The translations under genes were made by a program, and so were the position numbers. From an uncultured Enterobacteriaceae bacterium (GTDB taxonomy: Bacteria > Pseudomonadota > Gammaproteobacteria > Burkholderiales > SG8-39): a DNA stretch of 64,000 nucleotides. The notes under the pieces were generated by a model that was not told where the DNA came from, searched no databases, and saw only the letters and a list, made by a program, of their open reading frames with translations. Positions 1-11,442 of the stretch are shown here, one piece after another; positions within the stretch are counted from its first letter, which is position 1, and each line of letters opens with the position of its first letter. The stretch spans positions 2,046-66,045 of the forward strand of contig CAYMVA010000127.1 in the NCBI GenBank assembly GCA_964393745.1. Direction: 5' to 3'.

Positions 1-702
1 CTGGTAATAGGATCTGACGGACTCGAGATCCGCCGCCAGCTTCTGCTTGGAGTACTGGTCGTGCTTGGTGTACCAGGTCAGCCATCCCGGCGTGCGCAGC
101 ACGAACAGCTCGAGCAGGTCCTTCTCGCGGAACGCCTGCGCGCCGACGATGTTGATGGAGCGGATCTTGGCCACCTCGCCCTCGATCACGGCAAAGTTGA
201 TGCCGACACGGTTGCGCTCCAGCGGCGTCACCGTGGTCTGGACCTCCGCGGCATAGCGGCCGCGCGACAGGTACTGGCGCTTCAGCTCCTGCTCGGCAGT
301 CTCCAGCACCGAGCGGTCGAAGATGCGCCCTTCGGCCAGGCCGAGCTCGCGCAGCACGATGCGCAGCTGGTCGGCGCCGATATCCTTGATGCCGGAGAAA
401 TCGACTTGCGCGATCGCCGGCCGCTCCTCCACCAGCACCACCAGCACATCGTTTTCCACCTCCAGCCTGACATCGCGGAAAAACCCGGTGGCGAACAGCG
501 CGCGCAGCGCGGCCTGCGCCTTTTCCTCGGTCATGAGCTCGCCGACCTTGACGGGCAGATAGCTGAACACGGTGCCGGGCTCGGTGCGCTGCAGCCCCTC
601 GACCCGGATGTCCTTCACCACGAACGGACGGAAGGTTTGCGCCCAGGCGGCCGAAGCCGCGAGCAGCGCGCAAGCCAGAGCCAGACAAAGACGCATGCGC
701 AT
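1..702 (-). CDS. bamA: Outer membrane protein assembly factor BamA, N-terminal part (gene runs off the window start)
   Basis: Reverse translation from ATG at 702 reads MRMRLCLALACALLAASAAWAQTFRPFVVKDIRVEGLQRTEPGTVFSYLPVKVGE..., a signal peptide followed by POTRA-like sequence. It follows rseP in the conserved dxr-rseP-bamA order. It is absent from the ORF track because it has no stop inside the window. Confidence 0.85.
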   Translation of the reverse strand, partial: MRMRLCLALACALLAASAAWAQTFRPFVVKDIRVEGLQRTEPGTVFSYLPVKVGELMTEEKAQAALRALFATGFFRDVRLEVENDVLVVLVEERPAIAQVDFSGIKDIGADQLRIVLRELGLAEGRIFDRSVLETAEQELKRQYLSRGRYAAEVQTTVTPLERNRVGINFAVIEGEVAKIRSINIVGAQAFREKDLLELFVLRTPGWLTWYTKHDQYSKQKLAADLESVRSYYQ

Positions 703-704
703 CG

Positions 705-2069
705 CTATCCGGAGAACAGGCGGTTCAGGTCGTTGTAGAAAGCAAAGGCCATCATCACCAGCAGCAGCGCAAGGCCTACGCGCTGCCCGAGTTCCATCGC
801 GCGCTCGGACACCGGGCTGCCCTTTATTGTTTCGATCGCATAATACATCAAGTGTCCGCCGTCCAGCAGCGGGATCGGCAGCAGATTCAGCACCCCCAGG
901 CTGATGCTGATCAAGGCGAGAAACGTGGCGTAAGAGATCCATCCCATCTGTGCCGACTGGCCGGCGTAGTCGGCGATGGTCACCGGCCCGGAGAGATGCT
1001 TCCACGACACTTCGCCGAGCAGCATCTTGCCCAGCATGCGCAGGCTGAAGATCGAAATGTCCCAGGTCTTGGCGCTCGCCTTGGCGAGGCTCTCCAGCGG
1101 CCCGTAGCTCACGCGCACCACGATGCGGTCCGCGCGATCCGCAGGGATGTGCGGCGCCGCACCGATCCTGCCTATGCGCTCGCCGTTTTCGGTCACTGCG
1201 TCGGGCAGCACCTCTAGCACCAGCTCGCTGCCCGCGCGCTGTACCGTCAGGCGCAACGGTTGCCCAGGCCGGGCGCGCACCGATTGCACCAGCTGTTCCC
1301 ATGTCGTGACCGGGCGGCGATCCGCGTGCGTCACGCGGTCCTCGGCGCGCAGCCCCCCGCGCTCGCCGGCGCTGCCGGTGACGATGCGGCCGATCACCGG
1401 CTCGAGTGCCGGGCGGTGCAACCTCAGGCCGATGCGTTCGAGCGCATCGCTCTCCACGTCCTCCGAGCGAACGCCGCGCAAGTCAAGCGCGTGACTGGAG
1501 AGATTGCCGTTCGCGGACGCCACTTCGACACGCAGCACCTCGCGCTGCAGCGCCCCCTGCAGCACCCGCCAGCGCAGTTCCTGCCAGGTCGCGATCGGGA
1601 CGCCCTCGATCGCGCGCACCGAATCGGCGCCGCGCAACCCGGCAGCATGCGCCAGGGTGCCCGCGGCCGGCTCGCCCAGGACCGGGCGCGCCTCTGGCAG
1701 CCCGTGCATGAAAAGCCCCGCGTACAACGCTATGGCAAACAGGAAATTGAACGTCGGCCCCGCGATCACAATGAGAATGCGCTTGCCGACGCTCTGCCGG
1801 TTGAAGGCGCGATGCGCTTGCCCCGGCTCCACCGGCGCTTCGCGCTCGTCGAGCATCTTGACGTAGCCGCCGAACGGCACCGCCGCCACCACCCATTCGG
1901 TAGCATCGCGCCCCAAGCGCCAGGTCGCCAGCGGGCGCCCGAAGCCGACTGAGAAACGCAGCACCCGCACGTTGCACAGTCGCGCCGCGAGGTAGTGGCC
2001 GTACTCGTGCACAACGATCAGCACGCCCAGCGCGACGATGAACGCGGCGATGGTGTGGAGCAAGCTCAT
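705..2069 (-). CDS. rseP: RIP zinc metalloprotease RseP (site-2 protease)
   Basis: ORF 705..2111 has the HEYGH zinc motif near the N-terminus, PDZ-like middle part and C-terminal membrane segments. The likely start is ATG at 2069 ([10 protein letters not shown]...), overlapping the dxr stop as ATGA. Confidence 0.93.
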   Translation of the reverse strand: MSLLHTIAAFIVALGVLIVVHEYGHYLAARLCNVRVLRFSVGFGRPLATWRLGRDATEWVVAAVPFGGYVKMLDEREAPVEPGQAHRAFNRQSVGKRILIVIAGPTFNFLFAIALYAGLFMHGLPEARPVLGEPAAGTLAHAAGLRGADSVRAIEGVPIATWQELRWRVLQGALQREVLRVEVASANGNLSSHALDLRGVRSEDVESDALERIGLRLHRPALEPVIGRIVTGSAGERGGLRAEDRVTHADRRPVTTWEQLVQSVRARPGQPLRLTVQRAGSELVLEVLPDAVTENGERIGRIGAAPHIPADRADRIVVRVSYGPLESLAKASAKTWDISIFSLRMLGKMLLGEVSWKHLSGPVTIADYAGQSAQMGWISYATFLALISISLGVLNLLPIPLLDGGHLMYYAIETIKGSPVSERAMELGQRVGLALLLVMMAFAFYNDLNRLFSG

Positions 2070-3289
2070 GCCGCCCGCCCCATGCGCTGCGCGACCGAGG
2101 CCGCGGCCCATTGCCGTGCGCTGCGATCGGCCTCGAGCACGCTCGCGAGGTCCGCGGCGCCGAGCGATGGCGTGCGCTCGAGCGCACGCTCGATGACTTG
2201 CGGAATCTCGGTATAGCGCAGGCGGCTGCCGAGGAACGCTTCGACTGCCACTTCATTGGCGGCGTTCAGGACCGCGGGCGCCGCGCCGCCGGCGCGCAGC
2301 GCAGCGTACGCAAGGCCGAGGCACGGGAAGCGCGCCGCGTCGGGCCGCTCGAAGGAAAGCTGACCGACCGCGGCCAGGTCGAGCGGCGCCGCGCCCGATT
2401 CGATGCGCTCGGGAAATCCGAGCGCATGCGCGATCGGCACCCGCATGTCCGGATTGGAAAGCTGCGCGATCACCGAGCCGTCCACGTACTCGACCAGCGA
2501 GTGGACGATGCTTTGCGGGTGGATCAGCACTTCAATGCGCTCGGGCGGCAGGCCAAACAGCCAGCGCGCCTCGATCACCTCCAGCCCCTTGTTCATCATG
2601 GTGGCGGAATCCACCGAGATCTTGCGTCCCATCGCCCAGTTCGGGTGCGCGCACGCCTCGTCCGGCGTGACGTTCGGCAGCAGCTCCAACGGCGCCGAGC
2701 GGAATGGTCCGCCCGACGCGGTGAGCAGAATGCGGCGCACTGCACGCACTGCCGCCGTACCGTCCTCTTGCGGCAAGCACTGGAACACCGCGTTGTGCTC
2801 GCTATCTATGGGCAGCAAGGTCGCGCCGTTCTCCCTGACGGCGCGCATGAAAAACGAGCCGGCCATGACCAGGGCTTCTTTGTTCGCCAGCAGAAGCCGC
2901 TTTCCGGCGCGCGCCGCCGCAATCGCCGGTGCCAGTCCCACTGCGCCTACGATTGCAGCCATGACCACGCTGCACTCGGCATCGGCACACACCAGTTCGA
3001 GCGCGCTCGCACCGAACAGCAGCTCGGTGCCGCCCGCGTCTGCGGCGAAGCGCCGCCGCAGGTCCATGTCTTCCTGCACGCCGGAAAGAACCGCATAGCG
3101 CGGCTTGTATTTCACGCAAAGGCGCAGCAAGGCTTCAGTCGAGCGATGAGCGGTGAGGGCAAACACGCGCAGCCGCCCGGGATGCCGGGCGGCCACATCG
3201 AGGGTGCTGTTGCCGATCGAGCCGGTGGCGCCGAGCAGCGTCAATCCCGCCGCGCGTGCGGGTCCGCCTGCGCTGGGCAGAGCCGTCAC
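2066..3289 (-). CDS. dxr: 1-deoxy-D-xylulose 5-phosphate reductoisomerase
   Basis: 407-aa ORF with the N-terminal [13 protein letters not shown]-binding motif and typical Dxr sequence throughout. Position between cdsA and rseP is conserved. Confidence 0.95.
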   Translation of the reverse strand: MTALPSAGGPARAAGLTLLGATGSIGNSTLDVAARHPGRLRVFALTAHRSTEALLRLCVKYKPRYAVLSGVQEDMDLRRRFAADAGGTELLFGASALELVCADAECSVVMAAIVGAVGLAPAIAAARAGKRLLLANKEALVMAGSFFMRAVRENGATLLPIDSEHNAVFQCLPQEDGTAAVRAVRRILLTASGGPFRSAPLELLPNVTPDEACAHPNWAMGRKISVDSATMMNKGLEVIEARWLFGLPPERIEVLIHPQSIVHSLVEYVDGSVIAQLSNPDMRVPIAHALGFPERIESGAAPLDLAAVGQLSFERPDAARFPCLGLAYAALRAGGAAPAVLNAANEVAVEAFLGSRLRYTEIPQVIERALERTPSLGAADLASVLEADRSARQWAAASVAQRMGRAA

Positions 3290-4083
3290 GCCAGGCCCGA
3301 CGCGTGCAGCAGCAGCGCACCCACTGGAAGCGCGGCGGTAGCGCTATCAATGCGATCGAGCACTCCGCCATGCCCGGGCAGCAGCACGCCGCTGTCCTTC
3401 GCGCCAGCTTGCCGCTTGAGGGCCGACTCGAGCAGGTCGCCGACCACGCTCACAACACACAACAGCGCCGCGCCGCCCAGGTAATGCATCCAGAAATCGG
3501 GATCTACGCGCATGCCTAATCTCGCATCCAGCTGTGCGACGATGATAGCGTAGGCGAGGGTCGCGAGAAGCGCTCCGGCGACCCCCTCCCAGGTCTTGCC
3601 AGGGCTGATCGCCGGCGCCAGCTTGTGGCGCCCGAACGTTCGCCCGGCGAGCAGCGCGGCGGTATCCGCAACCCATACCAGGCCGAGCAGCGCCAGCACC
3701 TGTTGCGGCGCCAATACCGCCGTCACCAAGCCGGCCGGAATCAGCACCATGATGCCGGTCACGAGCAGCGCAGGGCGCCCCGGTTTGACGCCGCGAAGCA
3801 GCCAATACGGCACCAGCGCCACCCAGAACAGCGCGCCCACGGCAACTATGGCCTGGAACAACGCCGCATTGCCCAGCAACGCGAGCGGCGCGACCAATCC
3901 GGCGCACAGCGCGCCATACGCGATCGCGGAGTAGGCGGAGAGCCCGCAAAGGCGCCCCCACTCGTGCCCGGCCAAGGCGAGGATCAGCGCCACGATTGCG
4001 GCGAACAATCCGCGGTCAAGCAATAGCAGCGCAGCTATGAATGCGGCCAGCAGCGCCGCAGCGGTCAGGATCCGAACCGACAA
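3286..4083 (-). CDS. cdsA: Phosphatidate cytidylyltransferase
   Basis: ORF 3286..4227 is multi-pass membrane with a C-terminal CDS signature region ([25 protein letters not shown]). The long ORF would overlap uppS by about 140 nt. TTG at 4083 gives (M)[11 protein letters not shown]... just after the uppS stop, so the start is uncertain. Confidence 0.85.
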   Translation of the reverse strand: MSVRILTAAALLAAFIAALLLLDRGLFAAIVALILALAGHEWGRLCGLSAYSAIAYGALCAGLVAPLALLGNAALFQAIVAVGALFWVALVPYWLLRGVKPGRPALLVTGIMVLIPAGLVTAVLAPQQVLALLGLVWVADTAALLAGRTFGRHKLAPAISPGKTWEGVAGALLATLAYAIIVAQLDARLGMRVDPDFWMHYLGGAALLCVVSVVGDLLESALKRQAGAKDSGVLLPGHGGVLDRIDSATAALPVGALLLHASGLA

Positions 4084-4087
4084 GCGC

Positions 4088-4888
4088 TCAGGCGCTGCTC
4101 GAAGCGGTCGGCGGCTCGCCCCGCGCGCCGGCGCGTTGGTTCTCGGCGAGCTGCCCGCTGGTGCGTCCGTAGCGACGCTCGCGCGTGCGGTACCAGGCGA
4201 ACGCCGCATCGAGCGCCGCGGCGTCAAAATCCGGCCACAGGGTCTCGGTGAAATAAAGCTCGCTGTAGGCGAGCTGCCAGAGGAGAAAATTGCTCACGCG
4301 CTGCTCGCCGCCGGTGCGAATGAACAGGTCTGGCTCGGGCGCGTGGCTCAGGGCGAGGTACGGCGCCAGCGCCTGCTCCGTGACGCCCGCGGCCAGCGAC
4401 TGCGGGCGCTCGGCAGCGAGCCGCTGCAGAGCCTGCAGGATGTCCCAGCGGCCGCCGTAATTCGCGGCGATGGTAAGCGTGAGGCCGCCGTTGCCTTCTG
4501 TCAGGCGCTCGCCTTCCGCGATCAGCGATTGGATCTTGGGGTCGAACGCGCGGCGCTCGCCGATCACCTTCAGGCGGATGCCGTTGCGATGCAGTTTCTG
4601 CACCTCGCTCTCCAACGCGCCCACGAACAGCTGCATCAGCAACGCCACCTCCTCGGCCGGTCGGCGCCAGTTCTCCGAGCTGAACGCGAACACCGTCAGG
4701 AAGCCGACGCCGCGCTGCGCGCAGGCAGCGACTATGGCGCGCACCGCCTCGACGCCGCGGCGGTGACCGGCAAAGCGCGGCAGCCGGCGCCGTTTGGCCC
4801 AGCGCCCGTTGCCATCCAGGATGATGGCGACGTGCCGCGGCACGTCGCGCGCGGCCGGAATCTCGATGGTCGAGCTGGGATGGCTCAT
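4088..4888 (-). CDS. uppS: Isoprenyl transferase / undecaprenyl diphosphate synthase
   Basis: 266-aa ORF with [13 protein letters not shown] and the FSSENW.RP motif typical of cis-prenyltransferases. Synteny frr-uppS-cdsA. Confidence 0.95.
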   Translation of the reverse strand: MSHPSSTIEIPAARDVPRHVAIILDGNGRWAKRRRLPRFAGHRRGVEAVRAIVAACAQRGVGFLTVFAFSSENWRRPAEEVALLMQLFVGALESEVQKLHRNGIRLKVIGERRAFDPKIQSLIAEGERLTEGNGGLTLTIAANYGGRWDILQALQRLAAERPQSLAAGVTEQALAPYLALSHAPEPDLFIRTGGEQRVSNFLLWQLAYSELYFTETLWPDFDAAALDAAFAWYRTRERRYGRTSGQLAENQRAGARGEPPTASSSA

Positions 4889-5442
4889 ACGGACATCAGT
4901 TCCGCTTCTTTCTGCTGCAGCAGCCTGTCGATCTCGGCAACGTTCCGGTCGGTCATTTTCTGCACCTCGTCGTGCGCGCGGCGCTCGTCATTTTCCGAGA
5001 TCTCGCTCTCTTTCAGCGCTTCCTTGAGGGTATGGATGGCGTCGCGCCTGAGGTTGCGCACCGCCACTCGCGCAGTTTCGGCTTCCCGGTGCACGACCTT
5101 GCTCAGTTCCTTGCGACGCTCTTCGGTGAGCGGCGGCATCGGCACGCGGATGGTTTCCCCTGCCGAGGCCGGGTTCAGGCCGAGGTCGGAATCCCGGATC
5201 GCCTTTTCGATCGCCTGCGCCAGTTTCTTTTCGAACGGCGTTACGCCGATGGTGCGCGCGTCCAGCAGCGTCACTTTGGCGATCTGGTTGATCGCCGTCT
5301 GCGTGCCGTAGTAATCCACGGTGATGTGATCAAGCAGGCCGGTATGCGCGCGGCCGGTGCGTACCTTGGAGAGGTCGGTCTTGAACGCCTCGACGCTCTT
5401 GCGCATCTTGGCCTCGGTGTTCTTCTTCAGGTCCGCGATCAT
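4885..5442 (-). CDS. frr: Ribosome recycling factor
   Basis: 185-aa ORF with a full-length RRF-like sequence (..[20 protein letters not shown]..). Synteny pyrH-frr. Confidence 0.96.
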   Translation of the reverse strand: MIADLKKNTEAKMRKSVEAFKTDLSKVRTGRAHTGLLDHITVDYYGTQTAINQIAKVTLLDARTIGVTPFEKKLAQAIEKAIRDSDLGLNPASAGETIRVPMPPLTEERRKELSKVVHREAETARVAVRNLRRDAIHTLKEALKESEISENDERRAHDEVQKMTDRNVAEIDRLLQQKEAELMSV

Positions 5443-5460
5443 GGCTCCTCCTTCGCCTCG

Positions 5461-6177
5461 CTATACGTGGACCAGCGTGCCTTCGTCCTCGCCCGCAACC
5501 ACCCGCTGCAGCGCGTCCTTCTTGAAGATGCTGAACACGTTCACCGGCAGCTTCTGGTCGCGGCACAAGGTCAGGGCGGTCGCGTCCATCACCTTGAGAT
5601 TGCGCTGGATCGCCTCGTCGAAGCTGATGCGGCGGTAGCGCTTTGCGCCGGGATCCGTCGCCGGGTCTGAAGTGTACACGCCATCCACCTTGGTGGCCTT
5701 GAGTACGATCTCCGCGCCCATCTCGCTGCCGCGTAGCGCGGCCGCGGTATCGGTGGTGAAAAACGGGTTGCCGGTGCCGGCGGCAAAAATCACCACCTTG
5801 CCCTCCTCCAGGTAGCGGATTGCCTTGCCCCGGATGTAGGGCTCGACCACCTGCTCGATGTTGAGCGCCGACTGCACCCGGCTCACGGCCCCGGCGCGGC
5901 GCATGGCGTCCTGCAGCGCGAGCGCGTTCATCACGGTCGCGAGCATGCCCATGTAGTCCGCCGTGGCGCGGTCCATCCCGGCGGCGCCCGGCGCGACGCC
6001 GCGGAAGATGTTGCCGCCGCCTATGACGACCCCGATCTCGACCCCCAGCTTCGCCAGCGCGGCGATCTCGGCGGCGATGGCCTCGATGGTCACGCGGCTG
6101 ATGCCGTAGGCGCCCTCGCCCATCAGCGCCTCGCCCGAGAGCTTGAGCAGGATCCTCTTGTATCGCGGGCCCGCCAC
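5461..6177 (-). CDS. pyrH: UMP kinase
   Basis: 238-aa ORF starting [13 protein letters not shown] with GGGNIFRG. Synteny tsf-pyrH-frr. Confidence 0.96.
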   Translation of the reverse strand: MAGPRYKRILLKLSGEALMGEGAYGISRVTIEAIAAEIAALAKLGVEIGVVIGGGNIFRGVAPGAAGMDRATADYMGMLATVMNALALQDAMRRAGAVSRVQSALNIEQVVEPYIRGKAIRYLEEGKVVIFAAGTGNPFFTTDTAAALRGSEMGAEIVLKATKVDGVYTSDPATDPGAKRYRRISFDEAIQRNLKVMDATALTLCRDQKLPVNVFSIFKKDALQRVVAGEDEGTLVHV

Positions 6178-6187
6178 GCGCTTCGCC

Positions 6188-7066
6188 CTAGCGCCCCAGA
6201 CCCGCTGCGGCCTTCACTTCGGCCGCGAAATCAGCGGACTTCCTATCGATTCCCTCACCTACCACCAGGAAGCGATATGAAAGCAGGCGCGACTTCCTCG
6301 CCACGAGCATCTTCTCCACGCTCTGCTTGTCGTCCTTGACAAACGGCTGGCCGAGCAGCGCGATCTCGCCCAGGTACTTGCTCAACCCGCCTTCGACCAT
6401 CTTGGCGACGATCTCGGCCGGCTTGCCCGACTCCCTGGCGCGCGCCGCCAGGATCTCGCGCTCGCGCGCCACCACCTCCTCCGGCACGTCACTCTTTGCG
6501 AGGTAGGCCGGCTTGGCGAATGCGATGTGCATGGCGACGTCCTTACCCGCGTCGTCGGCGCCGTCGTACTCGACCAGCACGCCGATGCGGCTGCCGTGAA
6601 GATAAAGCGCGAGCTTGGCGGGCGTTTGCAGGCGGACGACGCGCCGGATGGAGATATTCTCGCCGATCCTCTGCACCAGGCTCTGGCGTTTGTCCTCGAC
6701 TTTGGCGCCGTCGACGCTCAAGGCGGCAAGTGCGTCCACGCCGGCCGGATTGGAGCGCGCCACCATTTCAGCGAGCTGGCCGCCAAAGGCGGCGAAATCG
6801 ACGTTCTTGGCGACGAAGTCGGTCTCGCAATTGAGCTCGACCAGCGCGCCAAGCTTCGCGTCATTCGAAATCCAGGCACCTATGATCCCCTCGGCGGCAA
6901 TGCGGCTGGCCGACTTACTTGCCTTGGCGCCGCTGCGGATGCGTAGCAGTTCCTCGGCCTTCTTCAGATCGCCGGCCGCGTTCGCAAGCGCCTTCTTGCA
7001 CTCCATCATTCCCAACCCGGTCATCTCGCGCAGTTCCTTGACCAGTTGCGCGCTGATTTCAGCCAT
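6188..7066 (-). CDS. tsf: Translation elongation factor Ts
   Basis: 292-aa ORF with N-terminal [20 protein letters not shown], the EF-Ts UBA-like domain. Confidence 0.96.
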   Translation of the reverse strand: MAEISAQLVKELREMTGLGMMECKKALANAAGDLKKAEELLRIRSGAKASKSASRIAAEGIIGAWISNDAKLGALVELNCETDFVAKNVDFAAFGGQLAEMVARSNPAGVDALAALSVDGAKVEDKRQSLVQRIGENISIRRVVRLQTPAKLALYLHGSRIGVLVEYDGADDAGKDVAMHIAFAKPAYLAKSDVPEEVVAREREILAARARESGKPAEIVAKMVEGGLSKYLGEIALLGQPFVKDDKQSVEKMLVARKSRLLSYRFLVVGEGIDRKSADFAAEVKAAAGLGR

Positions 7067-7095
7067 GCCTCGACATCCCTTTCTCTGTTGCGGTC

Positions 7096-7121
7096 AAAAA
7101 AAGAGGCCTGCTATGGCCCCT
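7096..7121 (-). terminator. Intrinsic terminator/attenuator between rpsB and tsf
   Basis: Minus-strand RNA AGGGGCC-AUAGCA-GGCCUCU (7 bp with one G-U) is followed by U7. It lies in the 80-nt rpsB-tsf spacer. Confidence 0.5.
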
Positions 7122-7146
7122 TTCGCTGCATTTGCCTGGCAGGCGA

Positions 7147-7893
7147 TCAGCCTGCGCGCTCGTCCTCGATCTCTACGAACTCGTCGCGAGAGGCGGTGAC
7201 CACCTCCTCGACCGATTGGGTGCGCCCCTCGAGCACCGCGTCGGCAATGCCGCGCGCATACAGGCGGATGGCGCGGCTCGAGTCATCATTGCCCGGAATC
7301 ACGTAATGGATGCCGTCGGGCGAGTGATTGGTGTCCACCACCGCCACTACCGGTACGCCGAGCTTGACCGCTTCAGCGACCGCGCCTTTCTGGTAGCCGA
7401 CGTCGATTACGAACAGCGCGTCGGGCAGGCTAGCCAGGTCCTTGATGCCGCCGAGCGAGCGCTGCAGCTTCTCGAGCTCACGCTGCACGCCCAGCGCCTC
7501 TTTCTTCGACATGCGCTCGAGCGACCCGTCCTGCGCCATGGCTTCCATTTCCTTGAGGCGCTTGATCGACTGCTTGACGGTCTTGAAGTTGGTGAGCATG
7601 CCGCCGAGCCAGCGGTGGTCCACGTACGGCATCGCGCAGCGCACCGCTTCCTCGTGCACGATCTCGCGCGCCTGGCGCTTGGTGCCGACGAACAGGATCG
7701 AGCCCCGGTTGGCTGCGAGCTGGCGCACGAACTTGAGTGCCTCCTGGTAAAGCGCCAGGGTCTTCTCGAGGTTGATGATGTGGATCTTGTTGCGGTGGCC
7801 GAAGATGTACGGTGCCATCTTCGGGTTCCAGTAGCGGGTCTGGTGGCCGAAATGGACACCCGCCTCCAGCATCTGGCGCATCGTCACTGACAT
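7147..7893 (-). CDS. rpsB: 30S ribosomal protein S2
   Basis: 248-aa ORF starting [26 protein letters not shown], a classical S2 N-terminus. Confidence 0.97.
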   Translation of the reverse strand: MSVTMRQMLEAGVHFGHQTRYWNPKMAPYIFGHRNKIHIINLEKTLALYQEALKFVRQLAANRGSILFVGTKRQAREIVHEEAVRCAMPYVDHRWLGGMLTNFKTVKQSIKRLKEMEAMAQDGSLERMSKKEALGVQRELEKLQRSLGGIKDLASLPDALFVIDVGYQKGAVAEAVKLGVPVVAVVDTNHSPDGIHYVIPGNDDSSRAIRLYARGIADAVLEGRTQSVEEVVTASRDEFVEIEDERAG

Positions 7894-8057
7894 GTTGCAC
7901 TCCTGAGTTTAGGGTTGATCACCGCCGCGCCGGCAAGCCGCGATTCCCGCGAACTGGCTTGCGGGAACACCCTAAGTTGCCGGGCGGGAAATTTGCCTCG
8001 GCATGCAGCCCGAAGCAGCCCAAAATTCTAGCATAATCAGGGGTCAAGGCACAGTTT

Positions 8058-8858
8058 ATGGCGCTCACCCTGAAAACCGACGAAGAGATAGAGAAAATGC
8101 GGGTCGCCGGACGGCTGGCGGCCGAAGTGCTCGACTACATCGGTCCATACGTCAAGCCGGGCGTGAGCACCGGCAAGTTGAACGATCTTTGCCATGCGTA
8201 CATGGTCGGCGTGCAGGGTACGGTGCCGGCACCCCTCAACTATGCGCCGCCGGGCTACAAGCCCTATCCCAAGTCCATCTGCACGTCGGTGAATCACCAG
8301 GTGTGCCACGGCGTGCCCGGCGATCGTGTGCTGCGGCCGGGGGACATTCTCAATATCGACATCACGGTGATTAAGGACGGTTTTCACGGCGACTCGAGTC
8401 GCATGTATTTCGTAGGCGATCCGGGGATCCAGGCGCGCCGCCTCGTAGAGGTCACCTTCGAGTGCATGTGGCGCGGAATTTCCCAGGTGCGCCCTGGCGC
8501 GCATCTAGGCGACGTTGGGGCGGTGATCCAGGAGCACGCCGAGCAGCACGGCTATTCGGTGGTGCGGGAGTTCTGCGGACACGGCATCGGGCGGCGGTTT
8601 CATGAGGAGCCGCAGGTGCTGCACTACGGCAAGCACGGCACCGGGATGCGGCTCGAGCCGGGCATGACATTCACCATCGAGCCGATGATCAACGCCGGCA
8701 GGGCGGCGATCCGCGAGCTGGCCGATGGCTGGACCATCGTCACCAAGGATCACAGCCTGTCGGCGCAATGGGAGCACACCGTGCTGGTGACGGACGCCGG
8801 GCACGAGATCCTGACCCAATCCGCCGGCACGCCACCACCCCCTCCGATCGCGTCTTGA
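8058..8858 (+). CDS. map: Type I methionyl aminopeptidase
   Basis: 266-aa ORF with metal-ligand context (..NIDITVIKDGFHGDSSRMY.., ..FCGHGIG.., ..TIEPM.., ..SAQWEHTVLVT..). Confidence 0.95.
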   Translation: MALTLKTDEEIEKMRVAGRLAAEVLDYIGPYVKPGVSTGKLNDLCHAYMVGVQGTVPAPLNYAPPGYKPYPKSICTSVNHQVCHGVPGDRVLRPGDILNIDITVIKDGFHGDSSRMYFVGDPGIQARRLVEVTFECMWRGISQVRPGAHLGDVGAVIQEHAEQHGYSVVREFCGHGIGRRFHEEPQVLHYGKHGTGMRLEPGMTFTIEPMINAGRAAIRELADGWTIVTKDHSLSAQWEHTVLVTDAGHEILTQSAGTPPPPPIAS

Positions 8859-8861
8859 GCG

Positions 8862-11438
8862 ATGAGCGCGCTGCCGCAGACGTCCGCCGCTTCGGTCGAG
8901 ACGTTGCGTGCCATGCTGCAACAGTCGCGCCGCTCGCTGCAGCAGGCGTACCTGCAGCGGGGCAAACCTGCCCGGCTGCTGCGCGAGCACACTCTCGTCA
9001 TCGACAACGCATTGCGCAAACTGTGGGATGCGGAAGCGCCCGCGGCCCGGGCGGCGTTGGTGGCAACCGGCGGTTTCGGCCGCGGCGAGCAGTACCCCTA
9101 TTCCGACGTGGACGTGCTGATCCTGCTCGAGCGCGAACCCTCGCCCGAGGAGCGCGAACGCCTGGAGCGGCTGGTCGGGTTGCTGTGGGACATCGGCCTG
9201 GATGTCGGTCACAGCGTTCGCACCGTCGAGGCCTGTGTCGCCGCGGCGCGTGCCGACATCACGATCGAGACCACCCTGCTCGAAGCCCGCCTTCTGTCCG
9301 GCGACGCGCGCCTCTTTCGCCGATTTGCCAGGGTGATGGCGCGCACCATCGAGCCGTTCGCTTTCCTCAAGGCCAAGAAGCTGGAGCAGGAGCAGCGTCA
9401 CGCCAAGCACCAGGACACGCCGTACGCTCTCGAGCCAAACCTGAAGGAGGCCCCGGGCGGGTTGCGGGATTTGCACGTCATCCGCTGGATCGCTCGCGCG
9501 TGCGGCATCGGCGCGCGCTGGCGCGACCTGGTGGCGCATGGCCTGGTGCAACGCGAGGAAGCGTTGCAACTGGCGCGTCACGAGGCACTGTTGCAGGACC
9601 TGCGCATCCGCTTGCACTACCTGGCCGGGCGGCGCGAGGACCGGCTCGTGTTCGACCACCAGGCGCCACTGGCCGCGCAATGCGGATTCCACGGCAGCCC
9701 GGCGCGGCAGGCAAGCGAGCGGCTGATGCAACGCTACTACCGTGCTGCCAAGGCAGTGACACAGCTCAACACGATTTTGCTGCAGAACCTGGAAGCGCGG
9801 TTGGGCCCGGAAACCGATGCCCCTCCCCGCCTGCTGAACGAGCGTTTCCAGGTCCGCGGCGAACTGCTCGAGGCGCGAACCGAAGGGTTGTTCGCACGCG
9901 AACCGCGCGCCATCCTGGAAAGCTTCCTCCTGATGCAGCAGCACCAGGAACTGCGTGGCATGACGGCATCCACCCTGCGCGCGCTATGGCGCGCCAGCGG
10001 CAAGATCGACGCACGTTTCCGGCGCGACCCGCTGGCGCGTCTGCTGTTCGTGCAGATCCTGCAGCAGCCGCGCGGCATCGTGCACGAATTCCGGCGCATG
10101 AACCAGTACGGCGTCCTCGGGCGCTACCTGCCCGAGTTCGGCCGCATCGTCGGGCAGATGCAGCACGATCTGTTCCATGTCTATACCGTGGACCAGCACA
10201 TCCTGATGGTAGTGCGCAACCTGCGCCGCTTCGCGATGCCGGAACTGGCGCACGAATTCCCGCTCTGCAGCCAGCTGATAAGCGGCTTCGAGCGCGGATG
10301 GCTGCTGTACGTCGCGGCGCTATACCACGATATCGCCAAGGGGCGAGGCGGAGACCATTCCACGCTCGGCACGCGCGACGTGCGCGGGTTTTGCCGCCGC
10401 CATGGCCTCTCGCGCGAGGATACCGACCTGGTGGCGTTCCTGGTCGAGCACCATCTATCGATGTCCTCGGTGGCGCAAAAGCAGGACATCTACGACCTCG
10501 AGGTGGTACGCGCCTTTGCCGAGTCTATGGGGAGCGAGCGGCGCCTGGTCGCCTTGTATGTCCTTACGGTCGCCGATGTGCGCGGCACCAGTCCCAAGGT
10601 CTGGAACGCTTGGAAGGCGAAACTGCTCGAAGACCTGTTCCGCGCCGCGCGCCGCGTGCTTGCCGGCGAGAAACTGCAATCGGACGCCGCAGTCGCCGAG
10701 AAGCAGGCCGAAGCCACCCGCTTGCTGCGCCTGTACGCGCTTTCCGACAGCGTCAAGGAACAGCTCTGGACGCAGCTCGACACCGCCTACTTCCTGCGCC
10801 ACGACGCACAGGAGATCGCGTGGCAGACGCGTGCGCTGCATTACCGCGTCGACAGCCGCAAGCCCGTGGTGCGCGCGCGCCTGGCGCCGATTGGCGAGGG
10901 GCTGCAGGTGATGATCTACACACCCGACAGGGAGGCGCTATTTGCGCGCATCTGCGGCTACTTCGAGCGTTGCGGCTTCAACATAGTGGAAGCCAAGATC
11001 CACACCACGCGCAACCGCTACGCACTCGACACCTTCCTCGTCATGGGCGAGGGGCGCGGCGCACACTACCGCGACATGATCGCGATGATCGAGCAGGAGC
11101 TGGCCGCGGAGCTCGAGTCGCAGGCGCCGCTGGCGCCGCCGCGCGGCGGGCGGCCGTCGCGGCGCGTGCGCCACTTCCCGATCTCGCCGGCAGTCGACAT
11201 CCGCCCCGACGAGCGCGGCGCCTACAACGTGCTTTCGATCGTCGCCAGCGACCGCCCAGGGCTGCTCTACGGCCTTGCGCGGCGCCTTGCAGGGCACCAC
11301 GTCAACCTGCACGCAGCGAAGATCAATACTCTGGGGGACCGCGCCGAGGATGTGTTCCTGGTCTCGGGCGAAGAGCTCGCCGACCCAAAAGCAGTGCTGC
11401 GGCTCGAACAGGAACTGCTCGCCGACCTCCAGATCTGA
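8862..11438 (+). CDS. glnD: [Protein-PII] uridylyltransferase / uridylyl-removing enzyme
   Basis: 858-aa ORF with a nucleotidyltransferase motif (GGFGRGEQYPYSDVDVLIL), an HD domain (LYHDIAKGRGGDHS) and two C-terminal ACT-like segments. map-glnD adjacency is typical. Confidence 0.94.
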   Translation: MSALPQTSAASVETLRAMLQQSRRSLQQAYLQRGKPARLLREHTLVIDNALRKLWDAEAPAARAALVATGGFGRGEQYPYSDVDVLILLEREPSPEERERLERLVGLLWDIGLDVGHSVRTVEACVAAARADITIETTLLEARLLSGDARLFRRFARVMARTIEPFAFLKAKKLEQEQRHAKHQDTPYALEPNLKEAPGGLRDLHVIRWIARACGIGARWRDLVAHGLVQREEALQLARHEALLQDLRIRLHYLAGRREDRLVFDHQAPLAAQCGFHGSPARQASERLMQRYYRAAKAVTQLNTILLQNLEARLGPETDAPPRLLNERFQVRGELLEARTEGLFAREPRAILESFLLMQQHQELRGMTASTLRALWRASGKIDARFRRDPLARLLFVQILQQPRGIVHEFRRMNQYGVLGRYLPEFGRIVGQMQHDLFHVYTVDQHILMVVRNLRRFAMPELAHEFPLCSQLISGFERGWLLYVAALYHDIAKGRGGDHSTLGTRDVRGFCRRHGLSREDTDLVAFLVEHHLSMSSVAQKQDIYDLEVVRAFAESMGSERRLVALYVLTVADVRGTSPKVWNAWKAKLLEDLFRAARRVLAGEKLQSDAAVAEKQAEATRLLRLYALSDSVKEQLWTQLDTAYFLRHDAQEIAWQTRALHYRVDSRKPVVRARLAPIGEGLQVMIYTPDREALFARICGYFERCGFNIVEAKIHTTRNRYALDTFLVMGEGRGAHYRDMIAMIEQELAAELESQAPLAPPRGGRPSRRVRHFPISPAVDIRPDERGAYNVLSIVASDRPGLLYGLARRLAGHHVNLHAAKINTLGDRAEDVFLVSGEELADPKAVLRLEQELLADLQI

Positions 11439-11442
11439 GGCG

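Noticed and set aside
61-738. A 225-aa plus-strand ORF at the window start
   Set aside because: It is antisense to the bamA N-terminal coding region, which has a clear signal peptide and POTRA sequence. This is a shadow ORF.
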